Source of the DNA: the human T2T-CHM13v2.0 reference genome, Homo sapiens
Assembly: GCF_009914755.1 (NCBI RefSeq)
Contig: NC_060939.1
Strand: one strand, 5' to 3'
Length of the DNA: 64,000 nucleotides
Part shown: positions 11,935 to 26,164 of the stretch, in pieces
Layout of the letters: every line of letters begins with the position of its first letter
Numbering within the stretch: position 1 is the stretch's first letter
The notes under the pieces: generated by a model
Told to the model about the DNA's origin: nothing
The model's database searches: none
Seen by the model: the letters and a program-made list of their open reading frames with translations, nothing else
Translations under genes and position numbers: made by a program

Positions 11935-13103
11935 TACTTAACATAGGACCCTCCGATTCCTAAGCTTCCTCCCCAAGTGCATCTGCGCTTATACAGCCAC
12001 TCAACTCACAGGATCTTTGGACATAAGGAATTCTCACATGAACTTTGGCACTATTCGGGGCAGGGATCTGTATTTATATTCATTAGAAAATGAGGCTAAG
12101 TGAACTGTCTCTCTCTTTTTACATGCTGAAATGGGCCACTGAAAAGATAACGAGGAACACTTTAGACGTCCTGACAACAGAGGAGGCATGGCAGCCTCTT
12201 TTGTCTCAACCAAACGGTTTGCTGTGTGAAAGGCATAGAGTAAAACTGGGAGGCATTTAGGGCTGGAATAGGTACCCAATTTGGACATCTACCACCAAAT
12301 GGCAAGGAGCGGTCTTGCTTCAGGCTGTATAACCCCACTTTCAGAGCATCTGTGTTTTCCTGACTGCAGTTCCTAAACCTGGATTTTTTTTCTCTGTCAG
12401 TCATCTAAGTTCAATTGAACAAATATTCATTGAGCATATACTATGTGCCAAGCATTGACAAAGAGTCTATGAAGAACCCAACGGAAGTTTGTGGCACATC
12501 CCTACCCTCAAATTCACAGTGAGGGTGGAATGACAGTAACCAAATCTGTGAAAATATTCACATGAGACAGGAAAGAAGTCAGAATATCCAGTGTACAATG
12601 AGAGTGAAAGAGGATGTCTAAAAGGGGACAGCCCATTCACAACCCACACACAACCCACGCACAAATATTTTTGGGGGGGCCTCCCATGGGCATTTATAAT
12701 CTTCTAAGTGCTCCGAAGAACATGTGTCACAAAAGATGAAGAGAATATTTTCCAGAACATAGCCCAACAAAGAACTTCTTTGACATTTTTTAGTGTAAAG
12801 GTAACTGACGGTATCTACCAAATTAGCAATTTGTAAAACTGGAATTTCTAAAAGCAAATACTTGGAGCTGAGATTACCTCCCACTTCCCAAATTCGAGTT
12901 ATATGATCTCAAGTATAATACCCTTTGGTATAGACCTAGCCAGAAGAGATAATAGAGGTGAAAACAAGGGCAGCTTATTTTTTTTCCATTAAAAGCATTA
13001 TATATAACACTATGTCATGTTTCTAGTGCATACACACCTACTGTAGAGAGGTGTTGCCACCTACTGTTGTTTAGTCAGGGGATCAGACAGTCATGGAATA
13101 GAC

Positions 13104-13273
13104 CGGTGGTTTTCAAACCAGGTTCCAATTGTAATTTAGGGAGCTTTACAAAATACGGATGCCTGGTCGCGCCTCCAGAGATTTCAATAAGTTTAAGAGG
13201 GAGCTTAAGGGATTGATATTTTAAACAAACTTTCTGATGTCTAGTAAGGCACAGCCTGGTTTGAGAACCACTA
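13104..13273. mobile_element. MER5-family hAT-Charlie MITE
   Basis: Terminal inverted repeats CGGTGGTTTTCAAA ... TTTGAGAACCACTA, about 170 bp. Confidence 0.8.
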
Positions 13274-16200
13274 TTTAACCCCCAGAAGGTTAACCATGTG
13301 GGATTACTTGAATCCACTCTAAACCTCTGGATTGGGCAGATGGATTCTGTGCCTTTCCACTTCGTAGTGCTCTTTGATTTGCTGTTTTTAATTTAGTATT
13401 TGAAAAACACATCCAGCCTCAAATGGATTGACCTTTCTGCTAATGTATTTCACCTAAATTAGCAGAGGCAATTAGCTAATTTATATTGGAATTGTGCACT
13501 TTCCAGTTCACATTTATCAACTCTTAAATGCTTGATCTGGTGTTGCAGTTTAAATTTTTTATTATTACCCTTTAAATCTGAAGTAATGTCTTACATCTAA
13601 TTAGCCAAACTTACATATTCAATTAATAGATTCATTATGGGCTAATGAATATGGAGGCAGCACTAGGGCAACATCTGCCTGCCAGTTGAAATGACTGAAA
13701 CTTTTCTGCTCTGAAGAAAGGAAAGAGTCTGTTCTATAACTTAAATAGCTTGAATTTTCCGTTTTAACATTTCTGAGTACTATACTGCTCTTAAGGAGTT
13801 TTACGGACCTGCCAAGATAGGAAAGTCAATATGCTGTCCAGAGAAACCTGCCCTTGTAGAGGAATATGAAATTCAAAATTGCAAAGAAAAAAAAAACACA
13901 TCTGAAGACATTTTTTAGTATAAAAATGTACAAATCTAGATGGTCACTCCAGATTATGGAGTTTTTCCTAACTTGTGTTTTTCATAACAAATGCTTGAGA
14001 AAAAAACTAAATGAGAAAATTAATATCACAAACTAAACAAAATGTTTAGTATACCTTAGGATCACTCCAAAACTCACTTGATTTCATGATTTAAAGATAT
14101 GTCCAGACATACTTTCAATAATTTAATGTTCTATGGTCAGTGATTTTTGGAATCTAGATAATTCAGAGATCTAAAATGAATTTATGTAATATAATCAGTT
14201 ATTAACATTCTGGCATTTTATTTCTCTGGTTATAAAGAAATAGTCATTTTTAGTAATTACAAAAAGCCACGCACTTCAGGAAAGGTGGGTGAGAGCTAGA
14301 ATTCACTTGAAAAACTATTTTTAAAGATGGCAAGACTATGGGGAAAATAATCAGAAATCATTTTCAAAGTATGTGATATCTTCGACATCAAAACAGGAGT
14401 TGAACAAGTCACTTTGGCTTGATGTCTGCAATGTGACAGAAAGAGGATTTGAGGTCGTGTATGTGCTACTCTACTGAGGCATGAAAAGTTTGTTGTTGAT
14501 TTTTACACTCCTTACGTTCAAGGTGACACTTGGATTATAAAAAGACTACATTTCTTACCATGAATTATACAGATGCAAAGTGCCAATATCCTTGTGTCAA
14601 GTGCACTTTATCAAACATTCTAAAATATGAATTACTGCTATATTCATGTGTTTGATATTGAGGGCCTCTTATGTGCTTAGCACTGGCTAGATACCCTGGG
14701 GTTATGAAAAAGAAAACATAAATTCTTCTTATGGCTGAAGAAATTTGCAATTTGATTGTCATAATAAAAGTCTTCATAATTGACTTTACAAATACACCTA
14801 TGCCCACAAGATTAGATTTACTGTGTTTTAACTGTGTTTTACCCTTTTCAGTATCTATAAAAAAAAAAGTACACATGTTAGTAAATCTTCCCCATGCTGC
14901 TCTCACTAGAAGTAAGGAGCACAGGAAATGAAAACAAAAGACAAAAAAACATGGCACCTGGTGTGCTCAGGGGGACTGGCAGGGGAAGGTATAAGTAGTA
15001 GCACCTGAGTAGGAAGTGTATCCGCCCTGGTACTCATGCCATAAAGGGCCCTGCAGTTATAAATACACAAAAAGCAAATTTAATAAGGAATACATGGGAC
15101 CATCTGTCACTTGCGATCTGACACAGGCTGTTTCAGATGTGTGCATCATCTCTAACCCTAAACAATCAGTGTCACAACTAACACTGTTGAGGCCCCAAGG
15201 AAGCGCTCTTCCTCATCTCTGGTCCTGTGTTCAGAAAAAGAAAGACAGCATCCTTTGCAGGGAATACTGGGAAGATCAGTGTGTCAAGCAGCTGGCATCA
15301 TTAGAGTGTGGGGTGTCACCATTTGAGCAGTGCGAGTACGAAGGTGAAAGACACATTAATGACCTTATCACGTCCTTCCTCTCAGATAGCATGAATGTAC
15401 CCAATTCTTCCAGAGTGGGAGAACTGTTTCTCAGAGGTGCTATGCTGAGTGTCTAGATTTTCTTGCTTCTCTTTGTGTTTTAGTTGCTGGTTTCTGGGGT
15501 AGTCTCAAATTAACATGGTCTTCTCAATAGCTCTGTGTGGTGACTGAGGAATATTCTGCAATATTAAACAATAAAATATTCTTACATTTTTATATATGTA
15601 GATCTAGACATAACATGTGTGAATTTGACCTTTTACATTGGCAACTGGGTTACACATTAAACTCTAGAACTGCTAATAGTTCTATTCTTATAAAAATGTT
15701 TAAAAGAAGTACTTACATTTTAAAAAACTGAATAAATAACATATTTTAATAATTGTATTTAAAAGTTTGATAATTATTAATTTTCATTTCTATTTTGCCT
15801 TTTAATTTTAATAAAAATTTTAAATATTTTAGAAAAAATAACTTTAAAAACTATAAGAGAAATAATATAATGTTTCTATTTTTAATTAATTCACATTGCT
15901 GATGAAAATATATTCATATTTGTATACTTCAAATATAATTCATTTTTTAAAGATCCTTTAAAATATTACTGTCAGTATCACCAAACTATGTGGAAACCTT
16001 GATTATAACAATATTGTGATTTGATTAAATAAATGCAACAATTGCATTTTATCAAATAAATATGTAATTTATGAGTTACGTATATGTTTATTTTATTACT
16101 TACCCTAACATTGCTGGCACATCAGCAGAACAATAGGACATACACAGTCATAATTAAATTCAGCAGTCTTGATATTTTGTTTTCAGTCAAGTAAAAAGTA

Positions 16201-16506
16201 TAGCTTTACATATTTAAACATTTTGCCACCATGAAGCTCTATTTGTCAAAGCAGAAGAGGACATTATATTTAACAGTTTTTAAGTTTAGTTTAAGATGGT
16301 AAAATATTTAAATGTCTGGTTTCTGGGTCTCCATTTGTTTTTTTTCCCACAAATATTAGGAGTAGGCCTAGATAAAAGGAGTTGCTTTTCATTGTAGGCT
16401 CAAGAGACTGATGTTTCTCTGTATCCTGATTCCATGTACCTTTTCTGAAATAATCAGTTTGCACTGTTTTCCCTTGTTGACTGTCCTGTAATAACCTTCC
16501 TGCATA

Positions 16507-17069
16507 CAGTTGTCCCTAGGTATCCACAGGGGACTGGTTCCAGGACCAGTGATACCAAAATTCATGGATGCTCAAGTCCCTGATAGAAATTAGCATAGTA
16601 TTTGCATAAAACCTATGCACATCCTCCTGTATACTTGAAATCATCTTTAGATTCCTTATAATACCTAACCCAATGTAAGTGCTATGTAAAGAGTTGTTTT
16701 ACTATATTGTTTAGGGAATAATGACAAGAAAAAATAGACACCAGCCTGAGCAACATGGCAAACCCTGTCTCTACCAAAAATACACAAATTAGCCGAGCAT
16801 AGTGGGTATGCCTGCAATCCCAACTACCAGGGAGCCTGAGGTGGGAGGATCACTTGGGCCCAGGAGGTTGAGGCTGCAATGAGCCGTGAGTGTGCCACTG
16901 CACCTCCAGCCTGGGCAACGGAGTGAGATCCTGTCTCAAGAAAAGAAAAAAGAAAAGACAAGACAAGACAAGACAGACACAACCATCCCTTTTTGTTTTG
17001 CAGAATATTTTCCATTCAAGGTTGGCTGAATCCACAGATGCAGAATCCATGGATAAGTAGGGCCAACAA
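16507..17069. mobile_element. MER2 (TcMar-Tigger) interrupted by a 5'-truncated AluJ (about 16737-16975, + strand)
   Basis: TA-CAGTTGTCCCTAGGTATCC start, GGATGCTCAAGTCCC and terminal ATGCAGAATCCATGGATA...GGGCCAAC; the Alu body with (AAGAC)n tail lies in the middle. Confidence 0.85.
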
Positions 17070-18619
17070 TATTTTTTAAGTTCTCTCTGAAAAGATATGC
17101 AAAGTAGTTCCAGAAACATGTTTGAATTTGAACTCAGCACATTAATTGGATCTTCATTTTTAAGTGGTTTTCATGTATTGTTAACAGGCTGTGTCAACGT
17201 TATTGATTTTTCTGTATCTCAATAATTTTTTGTTTGTTTACCTTATTAAATAACTGAAAGGACACTGGATCAGGACCCAGGAAACCAAAACTCAATTCCT
17301 AGTTATTCTCTTACTCAATATGTTGAACCACTGTAAACGTCCCCAACTTCCCAAGAGAAATTATCATTTCCCAATAGAAAATGTCAATGTTAATATCAGC
17401 ATATTTCCATAAGAATATGCGAAAGCTTATATTAGAGGATCTTTTTTTAACTATGAAAGGAAAATATCTATGTTGCAAAGCTATTCACAAAACTGTGGAA
17501 TAAAGAATCAGGGCACAGCTGAGCTAAAGAAGTTGTAGGATAAGTGAGAAATTATTATTACATTACATCTTCATCATCCAACAAAAACAACCACAGCACT
17601 GTTAGAGAATGCAAAGTATAAAGATGCATAAACCGTTGTTTCACATCAAGGAGCTCTCTGTGCAGGCCAGCAGGGAACACAATGATGGTCTTTTCCCTAA
17701 ATAGATGTGCAGTGCTATGGAGAGCCAAAAGAGAAAGTGGTATGTCACCATGGGGATCAGAAGGCATTTACCTGGACCTGCATGATAGAGAGGAAGGGAC
17801 ATAGGCAAGACTAGTGTATTGGTTGGAAGACTGGGGCAAATTTTGGAAAAGAAAAGTTTGGCTACAGTGTGGCACACCTGTGGAGGAAAACCTAGGACAT
17901 AAGCCAGCCCAGATAACAAGCTAAGAAATTTGTTTAGGCAGAAGGGGGAGCTAGAGCAAATCAGTTCACATGCTCTCTCTGTCTCCTGTTTACACTGTAG
18001 TATTACAGGTGTTAGACGGTAGCAAGTCCTAGAGAAGTGTGTTGTGTAAGTCACTGTCATTCAACATTGTAAACAGCTAGGTAAAAGCAGAAAAAGTTCC
18101 AAAAGGTCTGTGCATGAAATCAAAGGATCCTTAGGCATGGGAGAAATTCCTAGAACTATAGGAAGAGGAAGAAGGTGATGAAAAAGAAAGGGTTGTGATA
18201 TGCCTGAAGGTACTCACTCACACTGCAGTGGCTATAACACCCTGCAAGAAAAGTGGTCTCTGTTAACCCTCTCCTCATCAAGTCCTGCATCTTCTGTTTC
18301 ACTATCATTCCCCCTATGGAGTCCCTTCTCTGCAGTAATGCTACTGCCTTTGCTGTGGTCCTCTGCATCTCTTGAGTAGCACATGCAGCTCTGCAAAGTT
18401 ATGTACTGATGAGAATGAATTTCAGTTAAAGTTAAATGGCACCAGATCAGTTCCTGTGGGATATGAGAAACAAGAATGCTCTGAGCCACTGATGGGAGAA
18501 AAGGATGTCTGGACTATTGGAATAATTTGTTCTTACTGCTTCTGGACTTGACTGACTTCAGTCCACTCTTTATAGTGCCAAAAGAGAAAATTTGAAAGCA
18601 GCTGATTCGATCAAGTCCA

Positions 18620-18905
18620 ACCAGGGACTTAGAGGTCATCTTTTCCAGGCTTTCCCAAACTTATGTCATCACTCGCAAATGAAAGAGATCCCCAGGTTCC
18701 TCCTGGGCCTGCTGGATCAGTCTCCAGGGAAGGGCCCAGGATTCCGTGTCTTTAACGACTTGAAATCCCCCAGGGGATCACTTTGCTCAGGCAATTTGGG
18801 GAAGCACTGATGGAGCCCATCACCTTTTATGACAGATGAGGAAACTCAGATCCTGGGAGACACATCAGTTACAGAAGTCCAGAAAATAAGGGCCAGAATC
18901 AGAAT
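18620..18905. mobile_element. MER5-like MITE (about 18645-18809) within a MIR
   Basis: TTTCCCAAACTT...TTTGGGGAAGCACTG ends, followed by MIR core ACAGATGAGGAAACTCAG. Confidence 0.6.
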
Positions 18906-20085
18906 GGAGAGACTGGAAGGCAGAATAGCTGTGGATGAAACTGCAGACCTTATCATCATCTCACTGGTGTCTGTGCCAGAGCCCCATCTGAGATTCACCC
19001 TGGGGCTCCTGGGAGTGTGGGATCCTGGCAGTGGAGTGCCTCCCTCCCACTCCTTCAGCCCTGTGGGGCCACAACAGCTGCAACTCTTGAGCAGTGGGAA
19101 GGAAGAAAGGAAGGAGAGGGGAGGAAAATCCTGGACTGTGTGGCCACTGAGGAACCAGGATCAAGCAGAGCCTGGGGTACTTTTGCATCCAGCTTCTATT
19201 TGTCCAGAGACAGCTGAAGATGAACAAGATCTGCCTAAGGGCAAATTTTTGAGCCCAGCAGTACTTATCCCTGGTGCTTCCAGCCTTCCCTTTTTGCTTT
19301 CTATCTCCCCTCATGAGTAGCCTCGCCTCTTCTTCCCCCAGAGTCTCCTGTGCTCAGCCTTTTCTTCCCTAGAGCCATAGAAATGTCTCTGCGGTTGTCA
19401 TCCATACTTTGACTGAAAACTGTTTTGCTGGGCTCAGTATTTGTTCTCTCCAGCCTTTCCCCCCGCTCTGTCTTAAGTATTAATATAAGGCCTAAAAGAA
19501 TAAAGTATTTCAGATAACAGTAGCAGTGAAATAATATTTGTAATAGGAGACCAAGAATCCCAACTTGCCCTTGAAATTATATTTTTCCGAAGATTGCCTT
19601 AAAATTTTGTTCAGCCATTCAACACACATTTAATGAGCAGTACCTGTATAAAGCACTGTGTTAAATATTTGGCATTCAGGAGAGAATAACGGGAATTCGT
19701 AGAAAAATGAACAAGGCCTGGTCCTTCCCTTTAAGTTGCCCACGGTCTGGTGAGGATAACAATTCTAAGAGATAACACGGTATGATGGAGATATCCATAA
19801 CATAGATAGGAGCCTAGGGGAGGGCATAGTTAACCTCTGGGCCAGGACGAGGCTCTACAGAGAAGCTACAATTGAATTTGAACTTGAAGCATAAGAAGTT
19901 TTTCACTTGGGTGTTAACAGGGTGAAGGAAGCCGCATATACAAGGGAACAGAAACTTGGAAAAGTTTATCATGTTCAAAGAAAAAAAAACAACAACAACC
20001 AGAAGGTCCATATGGAAAGAGAGTAGAATGAATGGTAAAGAATAGATGGAAATGATGCTTAAAACGTAGGCTGCTAAGTAATTAA

Positions 20086-20342
20086 TGTAACAGACTGTAT
20101 TTTCCAAAGATGGCCTCATGGATACACATTCCATCCCACAGTATGGAGCTTACATTCCTTCATGTAGAGGTGAGGTCTTCTTGCAGGGCTTCAGACATCA
20201 CAGAGCAATAACAAGTCAGCCCTGCTGTATTCTGCCCTAATGTCTACCCACAGTAAACATGAGAGATAATAAATGACTATTGCTGTTTGAAGCCACTAAC
20301 TGTGGGGGTAATTTTTTACACAGCAATAAGATAACAGATACA
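20086..20342 (+). mobile_element. MLT1 (MaLR) LTR fragment inside an L2 relic
   Basis: GAGATAATAAATG...GTTTGAAGCCACTAA...CAGCAATAAGATAACAGATACA is a typical MLT1 3' end. Confidence 0.7.
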
Positions 20343-20995
20343 AGTCATGTCAAGGAGTTGCTTGCTGGGAGAAATAATTTTTTTTCTTTATAAATTAAAA
20401 CTAACAAACATTGAGGAACCAGTGAAGGTGTTTTTTGTTTGTTTGTTTGTTTTTTTATCAGGTAATGGCCTACGAATTGCAAATGAGAAAGACAGACCTG
20501 GTGCAATATGGAAATAGGTGGTGGGGGAAGGGCTGCTTAGGGGCTGGGAAAACCGAGAGGAGGTTGTCAGAGTTATCCAGGCCATGCAGGAGGGATGGTA
20601 GGGCAGGAAAGCAATTTCCATTTTTAAGGAATATTTTCTTAATTTCAGTTTTGTTTTGGAACTCTTTTACTTTCATGTAACCAAAAAGTAAGAGGCAAAA
20701 TGCTTGAGCTGATTCTCTACCACTCCCCACTGTGGAGAATCATCCTTTTCTTCTGCTCCCTTATATCCAGATCCTAGACTTTCAGTCTATTGTCTATTGA
20801 TGCCCTCGTTCCTCCCTAATGATGTCTAGTGGCAAAAATCCTGCTCCTCTTAATCGGTTTCTTTCTCCTTTTCTTCTCCCCACGTTTGAAGGTCATGATG
20901 TCATTCTCATTATCTAGACTTCCTGCTTCATCTAGCTCATCAGCATCCGGGTTCAGAGGGAACCTTAGTCCTGGGGTTCTATAGTATAGTTAACA

Positions 20996-21549
20996 CGTTA
21001 CAGGACAGGGGTCCCGATTCAGACCCCAAGAGAAGGTTCTTGGATCTCACGCAAGAAAGAATTCAGGGCGAGTCTGCAGTGCAAAGTGAAAGCAGGTTTA
21101 TTAAGAAAGTAAATGAATAAAAGACTGGCTACTCTATAGACAAAGCAGCCCCGAGGGCTGCTGGTTGTTCATTTTTATGGTTATTTTTTGATGATATGCT
21201 AAACCAGCGGCGGATTATTTATGCCTCCCCTTTTTAGACCATATAGGGTAAGTTCCTGACATTGTCATGGTATTTGTAAACTGTCGTGGTGCTGGTGGGA
21301 GTGCAGTAGCGAGGACGACCAGAGGTCACTCTCGTAGCCATCTTGGTTTTGGTGGGTTTTGGCTGGCTCCTTTACTGCAACCTGTTTTACCAGCAAGGTC
21401 TTTATGACCTGTGTTTTGTGCTGACCTCCTATCTTAACCTGTGATTTAGAATGCCTTAACCGTCTGGGAATGCAGCCCAGTAGGTTTCAGCCTTATTTTA
21501 CCCAGCTCCTATTCAAGATGGAGCTGTTCTGGTTCACATGCCTTTGACA
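20996..21549 (-). mobile_element. MER41A solo LTR (ERV1)
   Basis: Reverse complement begins TGTCAAAGGCATGTGAACCAGAACAGCTCCATCTTGAATAGG, 554 bp. It lacks the GAS-containing segment found in MER41B. Confidence 0.88.
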
Positions 21550-22626
21550 TTACTGCATACTATTTGACACCAAAGATGATTGTAAATACTGAAGGAATAA
21601 CCATGTATTTATTAACACAAATGATTTAGTTGCATAAAGTATTGTTAATTGTATGATAGCCTTCACCACCTAGAGCAGGACTCTTTAATTGCTACCAATT
21701 GTCTGGTATACATGGTAGAGTGCAAACATCTAAGGGATATTTAGGAAAGTGATGCAGGCCAAAAAGAAAATGATTTAAATTTTTTCTCCACCTCATTTAT
21801 GTTTTATTCTTCCTACCAAATATTAGACTCATCTCTAAATTTAAGAATCGTTGGCAATAAAATATTAATTCATTGTCATGCATTCTTTTTCATCTTAGTA
21901 GGATGTTTTATTCAACTTTTCTGGAATTTATTGAGCAATTTCTCTCTACTAGAATCTTACTCATTATCTTACTCAATCCTCACATCAAGTCCACAGTCTT
22001 ATTTTTTATTTTCATTTTACAGTTAAGACAACCTTCCCCAATCTAAGTTAAGTGACATCCTCAAGGTTAAGTGGCTCATAATGATAAATCAGGGCCTTGA
22101 GGCTAGATATTTTGACTTTCCAATTCAGAATTCTTTTTGCTATATGCCAGAAAATGTGGTGGATTTAGGCCGTAGCTTTACAGAGACAGTAATTAAAGGC
22201 AAACTGCACAGTTATAATCATTGCATTTTTTTTTATCCACAAAGTGACATACTGAGCAATCATATTCTAACGGTTGGGTGACTGTTCAGATCTTAACTGC
22301 TAATTCTTTTAATATGGGCAGGCTTTCACTAGTCCTGTGCAAGGGTCTACCCCAGATCTCAATCCTTCTCTACTAGGTCGTGAAAACTTGGCAGGGTGTC
22401 GTGATGCTTAACAACCCAGATTCCGGAACCAAGTATTTGGGCTCAGATTCTAACTCTGCCACTTGTTAGTTCTGTGACCTGGAGCAATTATTTAACCTCC
22501 CTATGCTTTAGTTCCTTTGCTTTTTAAATGTGGATAATACTAGTGCCTGTTTCTCTCTGTCTCTCTCTTTTAGGTTAAATAAGTGGATATAGTAGTTGGC
22601 ACATAGTAAATGCGATTTAAGCATTA

Positions 22627-23017
<391 letters not shown>

Positions 23018-23229
23018 AAATAATTATGGAATCAGTATGGCAATTTAATACCACACATTTATGTGTATATGTATGTGTGGATATATGTATATATAAGTGT
23101 TTTTTTTTCTTTTATAGCCTAATTTTCCAGTCAAGATTTAAGGGTTCCCATTGTCTGATGCTTGAATACTTGAAGACTCTCTTTCTCTCTTTGATCATCA
23201 TGGTCAGTAGGCAAAATAAGTGATGACTT

Positions 23230-23637
23230 GTACTAATTTGCTAGGGCTTCCATAACAAAATACCATAGTCTGGACAGCTTAACAACAGAAATTTATTTTC
23301 TCGTAATTCTGCATGCTAGAAGTCCAAGATCAAGGTGTTGGCTAGGTTGGCTGCTTTTGAGGCTTATCTCATTGGCTTGCAGATGGCTGCCATCTTGTGC
23401 CTCTTCACATGGTCTTTGCTCTGGTCATGTACATCCCTGGTATTTCTCTATATGCCCAGATTTCTTCTTCTTATAAGGAGACCAGTCAGATTGGATTAGG
23501 GCGACCCTAAGGGCCTCATTTTAATTCAATCACTCCTTTAAAAGTCTTGTCTCCAAACACAGTTACATTCTGAGATAGAGGGGTTAGGATTTCAACACAT
23601 GAACTAAGGTGAAGGGAAGGGCACAATTCAGTCCAGA
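23230..23637 (-). mobile_element. MLT1A/B/C-type MaLR LTR
   Basis: AACAACAGAAATTTATTTTCTC...GAAGTCCAAGATCAAGGTG...GGGGTTAGGATTTCAAC. Confidence 0.85.
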
Positions 23638-23981
23638 CATGTTTATTTAGCCTATTTTATCTTGATGTGTCTACTGGGTGGGAGCTGTGATCTTTCACTA
23701 ATGTTATATAATTTCCTAGGATCACCCAAGGATATTGTCTGTGGCAGGAGGAGATTTGCATAGACACCTGGTTGAAATATGGTGGCCTGTAAAATCCTCT
23801 TGTCTTTTCGGCTGGATTGCTGAGTTCTAGGGGAAGATAAGTGAAAAGCAGAGCCAGCCCTGAAGGACACCTGTGCAACTTGTCATTGTCCTATATGCAT
23901 ATATGCAACATATAACCAGGGGGGACCCAGAAAGTGGATCTGCTGGAAAATACCAAAGGTAATCAGTATGTTTTCTGTGGT

Positions 23982-24272
23982 TTTATTTTATTTTTAGGGT
24001 CTTGCTCTGTTGCTCAGGCTGGAGTGTAGTGATGCAATCATAGCTCCTAGTAAACTTGAACTCCTGGGCTCAAGTGATCCTCCCATCTCAGCCTCCCAAA
24101 TGGCTGGGACTACAGGAATGCATCACCATGCCCAGCTAATTTAAAAAAGAATTGCAAAGACAGGATATTGCTATGTTCCCAAGCTGGTCTCAAACTCCTG
24201 GCTTCAAGCATTCCTCCCATTTCAGCTTCCTAAAGTGTTGGGATTACAGACACAAGCCACCACACCCAGCCT
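23982..24272 (-). mobile_element. AluJ
   Basis: Diverged antisense dimer with CTCAAGTGATCCTCCC. Confidence 0.9.
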
Positions 24273-25869
24273 ATGGTTTCACTTCAAAGGGTTCTGATCA
24301 TTTAACTTGAAAATGTCTATAAGTTGACTCTTTCAAGACAGTCATTAGAGTACCTGAATAGAAAGAAAAGGAAGAAGATTGGAAGGAATGGCTAAGAATG
24401 GGATGACAGAGCAAGGAAAGCCTTGATTCATATCTTCTCTATCTGTCAGCTCTGACATGTGCAAGAAAGTTTATATAATGGTACAAACTCCTGCGGTGGG
24501 CTTAATCAACTGACTCTAATCATTCTATTACTCAGTCCTCTGCCTGTCGTAACACCCTTGGGGGCTTGACTCTCCTTGGTAGCAGCCATCAGCAGGGTTA
24601 GCAATTAAGGCAGGAGACTAACACTGGTTATTAGTTATTAATGGCCTAAGGTTACACAAAGGAACTTTTATCAGCTATTGATAACCTAAATTAATTCAAA
24701 GGGTATACCAGGAGAAAGTGTTCCAATGCTGGAATTGCTTCCCATGCAGCAGTGGTCTATTTTTAGCCTATGGGATAAGGTGGATTCACAAATACTAAGC
24801 TTATTTAAACTGATTATGACTGCATTAGTGGAAGGTGTGGCATAACCACGCAACCAAATCATTCTCAGACTTGCTGGTATGGTATTGTTCGTTTTATTTA
24901 CAAACCAAGTACATCTTCTTTTGACCTCATCTTTTGCCTACGGCATAAATCTTCTGAAACTCCTCCCTAGACCTTTCCCAAGGTGGAGGTAGCTTGATAA
25001 CATGTTGGTTGGCCCCTAGTAAAGTTTTACCTAATTTGCAAGTGGCTTTTCTCACTAACATATTAGTAATTAAGGAGAGGCTGTGTAACTAGGGCAATGG
25101 GGTAGTGCAGTTCATTATCAGCAATCTTCAAAATGATCTTATCTGATTTCCTCGAAGTTTCCCCAAAATTCACCAACTTCACACATTCTTGTCCTACTAT
25201 TTACCTTAAAACATTTTCCTTTCCAAAAGTTGATGTCCCTTTTGATCAGTAATACTTGCTACTTCTTCACTTTTTTATTCTTTGTAAGATTTTTATCCAC
25301 TTACAGAAAGAAGTGCATCCCTCAATTTTTTCATTTCCTCTTTTCTGATCTATCTCTCTGTAATAATATAAGAAAATAATGAGTTTAATTTTTCTGGCTA
25401 AAATCATGTTCAGATTATTGAAAAGATTATGAAATAGCTGTGATGTAGCTGTGAGCTTCGGATTTAGAGTCATTGGGGCTGACTGCATTCTAATTCCACT
25501 GTTGACCAACTCTGTGACCCCACATAAATTCTTTAATCTCTCTGAGCCTTGGCTTCCTCATATATAAAATGGGGAAAGAAATATCTCCCTCCCAGGATTA
25601 TACTGAAAATTATGTAAAGTATCATGTATAAAAATGTTACACCTAGCACAGGATCTCACCCATAATAAGTACTTGGTATATTTCACTTAAATCCAAATTT
25701 TTCATATTAGTAATCTTTTTTTAAAGAAAACTTTCTATTATGGTAAATTTCAAACATACTCAAAAGAAGAGTGAAATTATAATAAACCCCAGTGTACCCA
25801 TTACCCAGCTTTAACACTTGTCAACAGTTTACCAAATGCATTTTACCTCTCTTCACTGTTTTTCTACAG

Positions 25870-26164
<295 letters not shown>

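Noticed and set aside
18829-19320. 163 aa ORF
   Set aside because: Starts inside a MIR (ATGACAGATGAGGAAACT); no recognisable homology or exon structure.
20996-21549. MER41 as an interferon-gamma/STAT1-inducible enhancer
   Set aside because: This copy is MER41A-type: AAAAAGGGGAGG joins directly to CATAAATAATCC, without the tandem GAS segment found in MER41B.
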